The notes beneath the pieces were generated by a model, which did not search any database, was not told the origin of the DNA, and saw only the letters and a list, made by a program, of their open reading frames with translations. A stretch of 64,000 nucleotides of DNA from an uncultured beta proteobacterium (GTDB taxonomy: Bacteria; Pseudomonadota; Gammaproteobacteria; Burkholderiales; Burkholderiaceae_C), in the NCBI GenBank assembly GCA_963756415.1, contig CAVWNT010000010.1, positions 72,920 to 136,919 on the forward strand. The letters run 5' to 3'. The position numbers were made by a program, and so were the translations under genes. Below are positions 45,626 through 56,257 of the stretch, piece after piece (position 1 is the first letter of the stretch; each line of letters starts with the position of its first letter).

Positions 45626-46426
45626 ATGATCGTCGAACGCATCTGGACCGGCAACGACTATCGCAACTTCAACTACCTGATCGCCTGCCCCGAGACCGGC
45701 GAGGCGCTCGCGATCGATCCGCTCGATCACGAGAAGTGCCTGCGCGCCGGCGAAGGACGCGGGCTGGAAGATCACGCAGATCCTGAATACGCACGAGCAT
45801 CGCGACCACACCGGCGGCAACGCGGCGGTGGTCGCAGAAGACCGGCGCGAAGATCCTCGCGCACAGGCGACGCCAAGGACAAGATCGCCGACATGTCGCG
45901 CGGGCTTGAGCGCCGGCGACGTCATCAAGGTCGGCAAGACGCGTCGAGCTCGAAGTGCTGGATACGCCGGGCCACACGATGTGCCACGTCTGCCTGCTGC
46001 TCGCATACCGACCAGCCGGCGCTCTTCTGCGGCGACACGCTGTTCAACGCCGGCGCCGGCAACTGCCACAACGGCGGTCACCCGGCGCGAGCTCTACAAG
46101 ACGTTCGCCGAGCAGCTCGCGAAGCTGCCGGACAACACGCTGATCTATCCGGGCCACGACTACATCGAGAACAACCTGCGCTTCACGCTCGACCGCGAGC
46201 CGGACAACGCCGCGGCGCAGGCGATGCTCGAACGGTTGGCAGGGCCAGGACCCGGCCAACGCGTACGTCTCGACGCTCGCCGTCGAGCGCGAGGTCAACA
46301 CGTTCTTCCGGCTGACGAGCCCGACGCGTGATCGCGCGGCTGCGCGAGGCGTTTCCCGACCTGCCCGACAACCCCGATCCGCGCACGGTGTTCCTCAAGC
46401 TGCGCGAGCTGCGCAACAGCTGGTGA
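45626..46426 (+). CDS. gloB: Hydroxyacylglutathione hydrolase (glyoxalase II)-like metallo-beta-lactamase, heavily frameshifted
   Basis: RNFNYLIAC, NTHEHRDHTGGN, DTPGHT, FCGDTLFNAG, YPGHDY, C-terminal LRELRNSW. RBS GGAGG. Confidence 0.8.
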
Positions 46427-46447
46427 GCCATTCTCCGTACGCGGTGC

Positions 46448-47108
46448 ATGCAGCACGACAGCGACCTGCGTGAGCTGCTGAGGCAGCGCCTCGCCGAGTT
46501 CGTGGTGCAGGCCGCGCCGCAGCCGGTGCAGCGGGCCGCGGCGGTGGCGCTGGTGGTGTGCCAGCGAAGGGCCCGGCGCGGGCCTGGGCGGGCTGCCAGA
46601 TGCACACCGAGTGGAGCACCCGTGCTGCGCTGATCCTGACCAAACGATCGCTCGCGCTGCGCAACCACGCTGGCCAGTGGTCGTTGCCGGGCGGTCGCAT
46701 CGTGGCGACGAAACACCGGAGCAGGCGGCGCTGCGCGAGCTGGCCGAGGAGGTGCAGCTGGTGCTCGACGAATCGAGCGTGCTCGGCCGGCTCGACGATT
46801 TCGTCACCCGCTCGGGCTTTGCGATCACACCGGTGGTGGTGTGGGGCAGCGAGGCGCGCGAGCTGGTCGCCAACCCGGCCGAGGTGCACAGCATCCACCG
46901 CATCCCGATCGTCGAGTTCGGCCGCGCCGATGCGCCGTGGCTCGACTTGGTGGACACCAGCGAGCGTCCGGTGTTGCGCGTGCCGGTGGGCGACACCTGG
47001 ATCGCCGCGCCGACTGCCGCCGTGCTGTACCAGTTCCGCGAGCTGTGCCTGCACGGCCGCACCACCCGGGTGGCCCATTTCGAGCAGCCGGCGTTCGCCT
47101 GGAAGTGA
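46448..47108 (+). CDS. Nudix hydrolase, CoA pyrophosphatase type, frameshifted
   Basis: LRNHAGQWSLPGG, ETPEQAALRELAEEV, TRSGFAITPVV, APTAAVLYQFRE. Confidence 0.85.
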
Positions 47109-47305
47109 GCCCCTGCGGCCTCGGCCGGCCAGACCGAGGCGGGGCGGCGTGTGTCGCAACGTAAAGTTGTTTGAAGCCGCGCCAGGCCGTTGCCGTGTGC
47201 GACGTGAAGAACGTTACATGCGCTCACACGCGCGCACCCCGCGGGTCGGCGAGAGTGCCGCCCGCCGCGTTACGGTGGTGTCGTCAACGAAAAGAAGGAC
47301 ACCCC

Positions 47306-47713
47306 ATGAAGCAGCTCTGTCTTGCTCTCGCGCTCAGCGCAGCCTCGCTGTGTGCCACGGCGGCGACCCAGGTCGGCGTGTCGATCGGGATCAACCAGCC
47401 GGGCCTGTACGGCCGCGTCGACATCGGCACCGTGCAGATGGCGCCGGTGCTGGTGTATCCGAGGCCGGTGGTGATCCTGCCTTCACCGGTGTCGACCTAT
47501 CAAACCCCGATCTACCTGCACGTGCCGCCGGCACAGGCGCGCGACTGGCGCCATCACTGCTCGGTCTATGGCGCCTGCAACCGGCCGGTGTACTTCGTGC
47601 AGGAGAGCTGGTACCGCGATCACTATCACGCCAAACCAGTCAAGTACAAGCACGGGCACGGGCATTCAAAGGGCCACGGAAAGGGCCACGGCAAGGGCCA
47701 CTACAAGGATTGA
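47306..47713 (+). CDS. Secreted hypothetical protein with His/Gly/Lys-rich tail
   Basis: RBS AAGGA, signal peptide, GVSIGINQPGLYGRVDIG, PIYLHVPP, C-xx-YGAC-x-RPVYFV, (KGHG)n tail. Confidence 0.8.
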   Translation: MKQLCLALALSAASLCATAATQVGVSIGINQPGLYGRVDIGTVQMAPVLVYPRPVVILPSPVSTYQTPIYLHVPPAQARDWRHHCSVYGACNRPVYFVQESWYRDHYHAKPVKYKHGHGHSKGHGKGHGKGHYKD

Positions 47714-47729
47714 GCGACTGCCCCGCTAC

Positions 47730-48516
47730 TCAGCGCGCGGCGTCGTCGCTGGCCGCCGGCGCCGGCGCGCGCAGTCGCCCCAGCGCGGCGCCGAGCAAAT
47801 CCATCGGCAGCGGCAGGATCACCGTCGAGGCGCGATCGCCGGCCACCTGCGTCATGGTCTGCAGATAGCGATCCTGGACGGCGTCGGGCTGGCGCGCCAG
47901 CATCTGGGCGGCTTCGAGCAGTAAGCGGCGGCCTGCTTCTCGCCCTCGGCATGGATCACCTTGGCACGCCGTTCGCGTTCGGCCTCGGCCTGGCGTGCAA
48001 TGGCGCGGATCATCGATTCGGTCAGGTCGACCTGCTTGATCTCGACATTGGTCACCTTGATGCCCCAGCCTTCGGTTTGCGCATCGAGCATGCGCTGCAC
48101 ATCGAGGTTCAGCCGTTCGCGTTCGGCCAGCATCTCGTCGAGCTCGTGCTTGCCCAGCACCACGCGCAAGGTGGTCTGCGCCAGCTGGCTGGTGGCCATC
48201 AGGTAGTTCTCGACGTTGATGATGGCCTTCTGCGCATCGACGACGCGGAAGAAGACCACCGCGTTGACCTTTACCGAGACGTTGTCGCGGCGAGATCACA
48301 TCCTGCGGTGGCACGTCGAGCGTGACCACGCGCAGATCGACACGCACCATCTGCTGGATGCCGGGAACGACGACCACCAGCCCGGGGCCCTTGATCTTCC
48401 AGAAGCGGCCCAGCTGGAAGACCACGCCGCGCTGGTATTCACGCAGGATGCGCAGCGAGGCGAATGTCAGGATCAGCAACAGGAGCAGCAGCACGCCACC
48501 GAGGCCGAAGAACAGT
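47730..48516 (-). CDS. SPFH/stomatin (slipin) family protein, frameshifted
   Basis: [44 protein letters not shown]. The start codon reads A(C)TG, probably from an inserted base. Confidence 0.88.
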
Positions 48517-48518
48517 GG

Positions 48519-49916
48519 TCAATCTCCTCGAAACGAAAGGGTTGTGGCAGGGTCGGGGCATCACGTCCAGCGTCAGGCCGCGCACGCCGTTCACGCGCAC
48601 ATGTTGCCCGGCCGACAGCGAGCGTCGGCTGCGCACTGTCCTGCGCTCGCCGTTGACCTCGGCCCAGGTGTCGGCGCCGTCGAGCCAGAGCACGGTGAGC
48701 GGCCCTGCCGACCATCCTCGGCGCCGCTGACGACCCGCCGCCGGCGTGCGCGCAACGCCATGCCGCCACGACGAACACCAGCCCCGCCGAGGTGGCGGCC
48801 AGCGCCAGGATCAATGCCAGCGGCACGCCGAAACCCGGCATGTCGGAATCGAAAAGCAGAATGCCGCCGGCGATGAACGCGGCGATGCCACCCGCGCCGA
48901 GCACGCCGAAGCTCGGCGACGAGCGACTTCGGCCCCGAGCAGCGCCAGGCCGAGCAGCAGCAGCGCCAACCCGGCGTAGTTCACCGGCAGCATCTGCAGC
49001 GCGAACAGGCCCAGCAGCAGGCAGATCGCGCCGATCACGCCGGCAACCCCGAAGCCGGGCGACATGAACTCGAAGATCAGCCCGTACAGCCCGATCATCA
49101 TCAGCACCAGCGCGAAGCTGGGGTTGGCGATCACCGACAGCAGCCGCGTGCGCCAGTCGGGCAGCAGCCGTTCGCTGGCCAGACCGCGGGTGTGCAGCTG
49201 AACCTCCTTGCCCTGCACCTGCACGCGGCGGCCGTCGATCTGCGCCAGCAGGTCGGCCTCGTTCGTCGCCACCACGTCGATGACCCGCTCGCGCAGCGCT
49301 TCGGCTGCCGTCAGGCTGACCGCCTCGCGCACCGCGCGTTCGGCCCACTCGGCATTGCGCCCGCGCTGCTGCGCCAGGCCGCGGATGTAGGCCGCCGCAT
49401 CGTGTGTGCGCTTGGCGCTCATCGCATCGAAGGTCGCCGGCGCAGCCGCCGAGGCCGCACCGCTGGCGCCCTTGTCCGGGGCCGGGGCCGGGCCGCATCG
49501 GGCTTCGGCGCCGTCGGCATGCCGCATGGCGACCGGCGTCGCCGCACCCAGCGTGGTGCTGGGCGCCATTGCCGCCACATGGGCCGCGTACAGGATGTAG
49601 GTGCCGGCGCTGGCGGCGCGTGCCCCCTCGGGGCTGACATACACCGCCACCGGCACCGGCGAGACCAGGATGCCTGGATGATCTGGCGCATCGCGCTGTC
49701 CAGGCCGCCGGGCGTGTCGAGCTCGATCACCACCAGCACCGCCTCTTCGGCGGCGGCCTTCTTCAGGCCGCGCAGCACATAGTCGGCGCTGGCCGGACCG
49801 ATGGCATCGTGCACCTGCAACACGCGCACCGGCGCAGCGACTGCGGCCAGCGACGCGAACAGCGCCAGGGCGAGGGCCACGGACAGGGTGCGGAAGAGAG
49901 TCGACACGGCGCGCAC
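48519..49916 (-). CDS. NfeD-family membrane-bound serine protease, frameshifted
   Basis: LDTPGGL, AASAGTYI, GAATPV, RGRNAEWA, TM segments and a C-terminal OB domain. Immediately upstream of stomatin. Confidence 0.88.
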
Positions 49917-50055
49917 GAGTGGTTTGCGGCGTCGCGGCAGCGGCGGCAGCGCCCTGCAGCGACGGCTCTACACCATACGCCATTGGGGCTTTTGCCGTGC
50001 GAAACGCGAGCCCGCCGCGGCGCCGGCGCCGTGTATCGACCGCTGCTGCGCGCGG

Positions 50056-50701
50056 TCAGCCGGGCCGACGCACGCCCGGCCGCGCCAGCGCTGCGGCATG
50101 CCAGCCGGCGCCGTCGAACCAGGGGTCGCCGTGCAGGCAGGCCGCGGCCATCGGCAACGCGTCCAGGCCCCAGAACAGGCGCCCGTCGAGTTCGATCGTC
50201 GGCACGCCGAAGATGCCGCGTGCGATGGCGGCGTCGGTGTGCGCGCGCAGCTCGGCTCTTGACCGCGTCCGAGGCCGGGTCGCGCACCGGCGAGACCGCC
50301 TCGTGCAGTTGCTGCAGCCGCTGCGCGTCGTTGGCGTCGGCGCCGCCGCGCCAGACATGGCGCATCAGCAACTCGACCACGCGCCGGTTCGGCAGGCCAC
50401 CGGCCGGCGCGCTGGCCAGGCTCAGGCGCAGCAGCGCCAGCGGGTTGAACGGGTGCTGCGCCGGCGTCGTGCATTCGATGCCGAGCCGATGGGCGTGCCA
50501 GGCCACGTCGCGAAAGGTCCAGGCGCGCTTGGGTTCGATCTCGGCCGGCCCCTTCTGGCCCCAGTGTGCGAGCAGGCCGGCAAACAGCAGCGGCCGGTAG
50601 TCGACCGCCACCGAGACACCCTGCAAGGCCTCGGGCAGGTGTTCGAAGGCCAGGCAGGCGTAGGGCGAGATCGGGTCGAACCAGAAGGTCAGGCGCTTCA
50701 T
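50056..50701 (-). CDS. 2-hydroxychromene-2-carboxylate isomerase / kappa-GST family protein, frameshifted
   Basis: FWFDPISPYA, GPAEIEPKR, HPFNPL, GIFGVPT, FWGLD. Confidence 0.85.
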
Positions 50702-50917
50702 GGCTGCTCGTCGACGGCTTGGCGCCGGCTTTGCATACAGCCGCCACTCGGCCCGCCGCGCGATGATGTGGCGCCACACCGCGCGCTTGCCGGCATCGTC
50801 GAGCGTGCGCCAGGCGCCGATCTCGTCGAGCGTGCGTTTGCAGCCCTCGCACCAACCGGTGCCTTCGTGAATGCGGCAGACGTTGATACACGGGCTGGGC
50901 ACGGCATCGGGAGTCAT
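50698..50917 (-). CDS. DUF1289 family small Cys-rich protein
   Basis: VPSPCINVC...WCEGCKRTLDEIGAW. The 3' end probably carries an indel. Confidence 0.8.
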
Positions 50918-51064
50918 CGGCAAGGCACTCCAGGAGCGGAAGAACGCGCGTTGTTCGCGCAACGAGACCGCGCGAAGACGCGACGAGTGCCGATTCTGAC
51001 GCACCCGCTCACCCTGTTCAGGGGGCCTCGGCGTCGGTGCCGCCGACCACAATGCACGACGACC

Positions 51065-51406
51065 ATGGACGACACCTTGCGCCTGCAGCTGGCCAACCGC
51101 ATGCACATCGCCTTGCTGCGCGAGATCGGCCAGGGCATCGACCTCGACCGCATGCTGCAAAGCGATCTGTACGCCCGCGATGTGCTGCTGGTGTGCAAAG
51201 CCTTTGCCGGCACCGAACTGCAGCAACTCGGATCGGAGTTCGTGCAGGCGTCGCGGACCAGCGCACCGATGCCCGACGCCGCAGCGGCCGATTCCGACTT
51301 CGCGCCATCGTCACCCGCGGGCGAAGGCGGGCGGCGCAGGAAGCCGGCACCGCCGCCACCGTTGTCCAGCCGTTGGATGTATCCGTCGCGCTGGTTCATC
51401 GACTGA
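51065..51406 (+). CDS. Hypothetical protein
   Basis: MDDTLRLQLANRMHIALLREIGQGID...YARDVLLVC. Codon usage looks coding, and the C-terminus is low complexity. Confidence 0.6.
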   Translation: MDDTLRLQLANRMHIALLREIGQGIDLDRMLQSDLYARDVLLVCKAFAGTELQQLGSEFVQASRTSAPMPDAAAADSDFAPSSPAGEGGRRRKPAPPPPLSSRWMYPSRWFID

Positions 51407-51461
51407 GCGCCGCTGGCAGCAGCAGGGCACGGTCGCCACGATCGGCGGCAGCGACGCCACT

Positions 51462-52082
51462 TCAGGCCGCTGCGATGCGCACCGCTTCTTCCTCGACATC
51501 GCGCAGCCGCTCCTTGCCGAACCACAGCTCGTCGCCGACCAGGAAGCTGGGTGAGCCGAAGGCGCCGCGGTCATGGGCCGACTGCGTGTTGTGCAGCAAC
51601 AGGTTCTTCACCTGCGGGTCCTGCGCCAGCGCGACGATCTGCGGTGCATCCAGGCCGCCCGCAGCCAACGTCGCCATCGATCACCGGCAGCTCGTCCATG
51701 TTCTTGGCGTCTTCCCACATCGCCGCGAAGACGACATCGACGTAGCGCTCGAGACAGCCGAGCTGGTGCGCGGCGCATCGCGCCGCGCATGATCTTCAGC
51801 GTGTTGACCGGGAAGAATGGATTGAACTTGAACGCGCGTCAGCCGTGGCGGGCGATGAAGCGCTGCATCTCGCGGTTTTCGTAGGCGCGCTTGTTCGGGA
51901 TCTCGGCAAAGGCTTCGGCCGGCGAGCGGTTGTTGCTCAGCTTGAACAAGCCACCGAGCAGGATCGGCACGTACTCGAATCGTGGCGCCGCTGCGCTGCT
52001 CGATGGCCGGGATCACCTTGTGGCACAGGTAGGCATTGGGACTGCCGAAATCGAACAGGAACTCGACTTTCACGGGTTGCAT
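51462..52082 (-). CDS. Second HCCA isomerase / kappa-GST family protein, frameshifted
   Basis: VEFLFDFGSPNAYL, NPFFPVNT, RGAFGSPSF, WFGKERL. Confidence 0.85.
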
Positions 52083-52134
52083 CGATGACCTCGTTGGTGG
52101 GGGTTGGTCGGGGCCGTGGGCGCAGCGGCGCGGC

Positions 52135-52863
52135 TCACCACGCCTCCATCCAGGGCCGCAGCTCGGTCTCGTGGGTCCAGGCGTCGCGCGGCTGCCGGTG
52201 GATCTGCCAGTAGGCCTCGGCGATGCTGTCGGGGTCGACGATGCCCTGCTGCTCCTTCGCCGCATAGCGCTCGGGGAAGTTGGTGCGGATCCACTCGGTG
52301 TCGATGGCGCCGTCGATCACCGGGTGCGCGACATGGATGTTCTTCGGCCACAGCTCGCGCGCCATGCTCTGCGCCAGCGCGCGCAGCGCATGCTTGGCGC
52401 CGGCGAAGGCCGCGAAGCCCTCGCGGCCGCGCAGGCTGGCGGTGGCGCCGGTGAAGATGATCGTGCCGCGCCCGCGCGTGAGCATCACCTTGGCGGTCTC
52501 GCGGCCCATCAGGAAGCCCGAGAAGCAGGCCATCTCCCAGACCTTCTGGTACACCCGCGAGGTGGTCTCGGTGATGCCGAAGCGCACGTTGGCGCCGATG
52601 TTGAACACGGCCACCTCGATCGGTGCGATGTCGCGCTCGATGCCCTCGACGAGCGCGACCATCGCCTCTTCGTTGCGCGCATCGCTGCCGAAGGCGTGCG
52701 CCTCGCCGCCGTCGGCACGGATCTGTTCGACCAGCGGTGTCAGCTTGTCGGCCGTGCGCCGCGTCACGCAGGCGATGTAGCCCTCGCGCGCAAAGCGCCG
52801 CGCGATGGCACCGCCGGTGGCGTCGCCGGCACCGATGACCAGGATTGACTTGCGATCGGCCAT
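52135..52863 (-). CDS. SDR family oxidoreductase
   Basis: Intact 242 aa: IGAGDATGGAIA, FTGATASLRG, FAGAKHALRALAQS, DAWTHE. Confidence 0.9.
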   Translation of the reverse strand: MADRKSILVIGAGDATGGAIARRFAREGYIACVTRRTADKLTPLVEQIRADGGEAHAFGSDARNEEAMVALVEGIERDIAPIEVAVFNIGANVRFGITETTSRVYQKVWEMACFSGFLMGRETAKVMLTRGRGTIIFTGATASLRGREGFAAFAGAKHALRALAQSMARELWPKNIHVAHPVIDGAIDTEWIRTNFPERYAAKEQQGIVDPDSIAEAYWQIHRQPRDAWTHETELRPWMEAW

Positions 52864-52917
52864 GTGAATCTCCTTCAGGTTGCCACCCTCACGCGGCGGC
52901 GCTGCGGGTGTCGACTG

Positions 52918-53527
52918 TCATGCCACCGCCGGGTCCGACGTCCCGCGCCAGCGCCGCAGCAGCGCGCGCACGAAGCGCATGAGCCAGACGATCAACACCA
53001 CCATCAGCAGCACCGACAGCGCCAACGCGGCATAGAACCAGGCCGGGTGCTCCCAGGCCAGCCACAACATCGCCGGCACCGCGGCGTCGCCGAGCAGCGA
53101 CAGCCCGATGTTCGAGAACGGCTCCGGCGAGGTGTTGACCGCGGCCCGGGTGGCGCTCTTGGCGACATGGCTGGTGGCGGCGAGCGTGCCGCCCATCAGC
53201 GCGGCGATCAACATCCAGCTGTCGTGGTCGCCGCCGAACACCGCCCGCGGCGAGCAGCGCGCCGGCGGGGATGCGCACCAGCGTGTGCAGCGCGTCCCAC
53301 ACCGAATCGAGCCCGGGCACCTTGTCGGCGAGGAACTCGACGACGAGCATCGTGCCGCTGGCACCCAGCACCAGCGGGCCCTGCAACAGGCGCAGGCCGG
53401 CGGGCAGGTCGACCCAGCCCAGCACACCGGCCAGCCCGGTGAGGAAAACCACGGCATACAGCCGCAGCCCACTGGCCCAGCCGAGTGCGGCGGCTATGGC
53501 GAACAGCTGGCTGGTGTCCAGGTTCAT
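52918..53527 (-). CDS. DUF4126 membrane protein, frameshifted
   Basis: GWASGLRLYA, EFLADKVPGLDSVWD, VNTSPEPFSNIGLS. Confidence 0.85.
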
Positions 53528-53586
53528 GGGGTCAACGTGCTTGCGCTAAGCTTTCGACGATCGTGCAGCGACAGAAGGAAACAGCC

Positions 53587-54108
53587 GTGGGCAACAAGGA
53601 AAGCAAGGACTACAAGAAGGGCCTGGCCAGGATCGACAGCATCAACATCGGTCTCGATGCCGAAGATCGCAGCGAGATTGCCGCTGGGCTGTCCAAGGTG
53701 CTGGCCGACACCTACACGCTGTATCTGACGACGCACAATTTTCACTGGAACGTCACCGGGCCGATGTTCAACACGCTGCATCTGATGTTCATGGCGCAGT
53801 ACACCGAATTGTGGAACGCGGTGGACCCGATCGCCGAGCGCATCCGCTCGCTGGGCCACGCTGCACCGGGCAGCTACGCCGCCTTCGGCGCGCTGGCCTC
53901 GATCGCCGATGCGCCGACCGAGCCGCCGAAGGCGATGGACATGGTGCTGATCCTGAAGCAGGGCCACGAGGCGGTGGCGCGCACCGCACGGGCCGTCTTT
54001 CCGATCGCCGACAAGGCCGGCGACGAACCCACCGCCGATCTGCTGACCCAGCGCCTGACGGTGCATGAACAGACGGCCTGGATGCTGCGCTCGCTGCTCG
54101 AGACCTGA
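53587..54108 (+). CDS. dps: DNA starvation/stationary phase protection protein Dps
   Basis: HNFHWNVTGPMF, LHLMF, DPIAERIR, HEQTAWMLRS. Confidence 0.95.
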   Translation: MGNKESKDYKKGLARIDSINIGLDAEDRSEIAAGLSKVLADTYTLYLTTHNFHWNVTGPMFNTLHLMFMAQYTELWNAVDPIAERIRSLGHAAPGSYAAFGALASIADAPTEPPKAMDMVLILKQGHEAVARTARAVFPIADKAGDEPTADLLTQRLTVHEQTAWMLRSLLET

Positions 54109-54156
54109 AGCTGCCGGCTCGGCGCGCGCACATCGACGCTTCGCCGGCCACCGGCT

Positions 54157-54579
54157 TCAGCCCGGCGACGCCTTGTCGGCATGCGGGGCCTTTGCGGCCT
54201 TGTCGGCCACCGGCGCGCCCGACTCTTTCCACGCGCCGAAGCCGCCCTCGATGTGGGCGACCTTGCTCAGCCCCATGTCCTGCAAGGTCTTGGCGGCCAG
54301 CGCCGAGCGCCAGCCGCCGGCGCAGAACAGCACCAGCTCCTTGCCCGAGACGAACAGCGGCTTGTGGTACGGGCTTTGCGGATCGACCCAGAACTCGAGC
54401 ATGCCGCGCGGTGCGTGATACGCGCCGGGCATGACCCCTTCGCGTTCGAGTTCGCGCACATCGCGGATGTCGATGAACTGCACATCGTCGCGGCCCTGCA
54501 GCGCGCGCGCCTGCGCGACGCTGTAGGTGGTGATGCTGGCGTTGGCCTCGTCGACCATCGACTTGACGGAACGGATCAT
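54157..54579 (-). CDS. Rhodanese-like domain protein
   Basis: IDIRDVRE, PRGMLEFWVDP, FCAGGWRS, HIEGGFGAW. Confidence 0.88.
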   Translation of the reverse strand: MIRSVKSMVDEANASITTYSVAQARALQGRDDVQFIDIRDVRELEREGVMPGAYHAPRGMLEFWVDPQSPYHKPLFVSGKELVLFCAGGWRSALAAKTLQDMGLSKVAHIEGGFGAWKESGAPVADKAAKAPHADKASPG

Positions 54580-54614
54580 GGGCGTGGGTCCTGGATTGAG
54601 AAGGATCGCCCACC

Positions 54615-56221
54615 TTAAACCGAAGGTGCGCGCGCGTCCATCGCGGCCGCACCGGACGGGCGCGCCGTGGGCACCGGCGCCTGCGGATACAGGCGCAGCA
54701 GCACCTCGCGCAGCGCGCTGTCGATGAGCGGACGTATCTGCCGCGCCAGCTGCCGCAGGGCGGCATCGTCGTGGCGTCGGTTGCCACGCTGCTGCCACAG
54801 CGCGCTGAGCGCCGAACGCTGCGGTGCCAGCGCGGCCGACACCACGGCCTGCCAATGCGCCGGTGTCACCGAGGCCACCCACTCGCCGCGGCCCCGGCCG
54901 AAATGCGCCACGGCCAGATAGCGCAGCAACGCGGCTTCGAGCATCGCATCCAGCGCGTCGGCATTCCACGCCAGCCACGACGCGTCGATGCCGCGCACCA
55001 GGTTCACGCAGCGCGCCAGGCTGGCGCCACCCAGCGCACCGAGCAGGCCGCCGGCCAGCGCGCCGCCGCCCAGCGTCAGGCCACCGCTGGCGATGTCGGC
55101 CTTCAACCCGGCCAGCGCGCCGGCCAGCGCACCGCCGACCCACGCCGCCTTGCTTTCGTCCATGCGCAGGCGCTGTTCGTAGTGCGTGGCCAGCCGCTGC
55201 ACGATCTGGGTCTGCGCCTCACCGGCGAGGCCGTGCAGGCGGATCAGCGCCGTGGTGTCCTCGCGTGACTGCACTTCGAGCTGCGCGGCCAGCGCCGCCT
55301 GCGCCAGTGCGCTCGGGTTGTTGTCGGCCGCGCCGATGCCGACACCGAGCGCCTTGCCCAGCGCGCGCAGCCGCGATTTCAGCCCCGAGACATCGCCGAC
55401 ATCCTGGCGCGCCGCGGCCAGCGTGGCCATGCTGTCGGCGAGCACCACCGACCGAGGCGTCGAAGGTGGCCAGCCGCCGCGTCTGCCACTGTTCGATGAG
55501 CCGCGCCATCGGCGCGCGCTGGCTCGTCGGCGACACACGCTTCGACGGCGCGCAGCAGCACGCTTTCCTGCACCCAGCAGCGCGCGAACGCATCCATCGG
55601 CAGCACCTGCTTGACGAATGCGCGCGGGGCCAGGTGCTGGCGCCAGGCTTCGATCTCGGCCGCTTCCAGCGCCGCCTCGCGCGGCGCGCCGAGCTGGTTC
55701 AGCAGCACGATCACCGGCTTGCCGACCCATTCGAGCAGGTCCATCTCGCTGTTCACGTAGGCCGCGGCGGCCGGCGCTTCGGCGGCGCTGACCAGGTACA
55801 GCATCACGTCGGAGCGCTCGACGACATGGCGCATGGCCTGCTGGCTGGCCCAGAACGGCCGGTCGCGCCAACGGTCCCAGGCCTGGCCGAGCAGCCAGCC
55901 GAGCGGGCGATCGCTTTGCCGCAGCCTCTTCAACAAGCGCGTGCTGTCGCCGAAGCCGGGCGTGTCCCACAGCTGCAGCTCGTCGCCCTGCGGCGTTTGC
56001 AGCAGCGTGTGGCTGTCGGCGGCATCGGTGACATGCGCGGCATCGCGCACCTCGCCCACATCCTGGCCGAGCAAGGTGCGCGCCAGCGCGGTCTTGCCGA
56101 TGTTGGTGTGCGACACCAGGCTCAGGTGGATCGCCTGCGGCGTGCGTTCGCCGTCGGTCCCTGGTGCACCGTCGTGCTGCGCACTTCGCAGTTCGCCCTT
56201 CGGGCGGCCGGGCTGGCTCAC
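54615..56221 (-). CDS. P-loop GTPase with DUF3482 C-terminal domain, frameshifted
   Basis: SLVSHTNIGKT, GEV, LWDTPGFGD, VLLNQLG, DAFARCWVQE, Gly-rich GGLTLGGG segment, YLAVAHFGRGRG. Confidence 0.8.
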
Positions 56222-56257
56222 GTGCCACCCTGCAGTTGTGTCACAGCCTGCGCTTGG

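Noticed and set aside
50056-50917. DUF1289-HCCA isomerase fusion protein
   Set aside because: An ATGA overlap at 50698-50701 indicates two coupled genes. The in-frame read-through is best explained by one indel.
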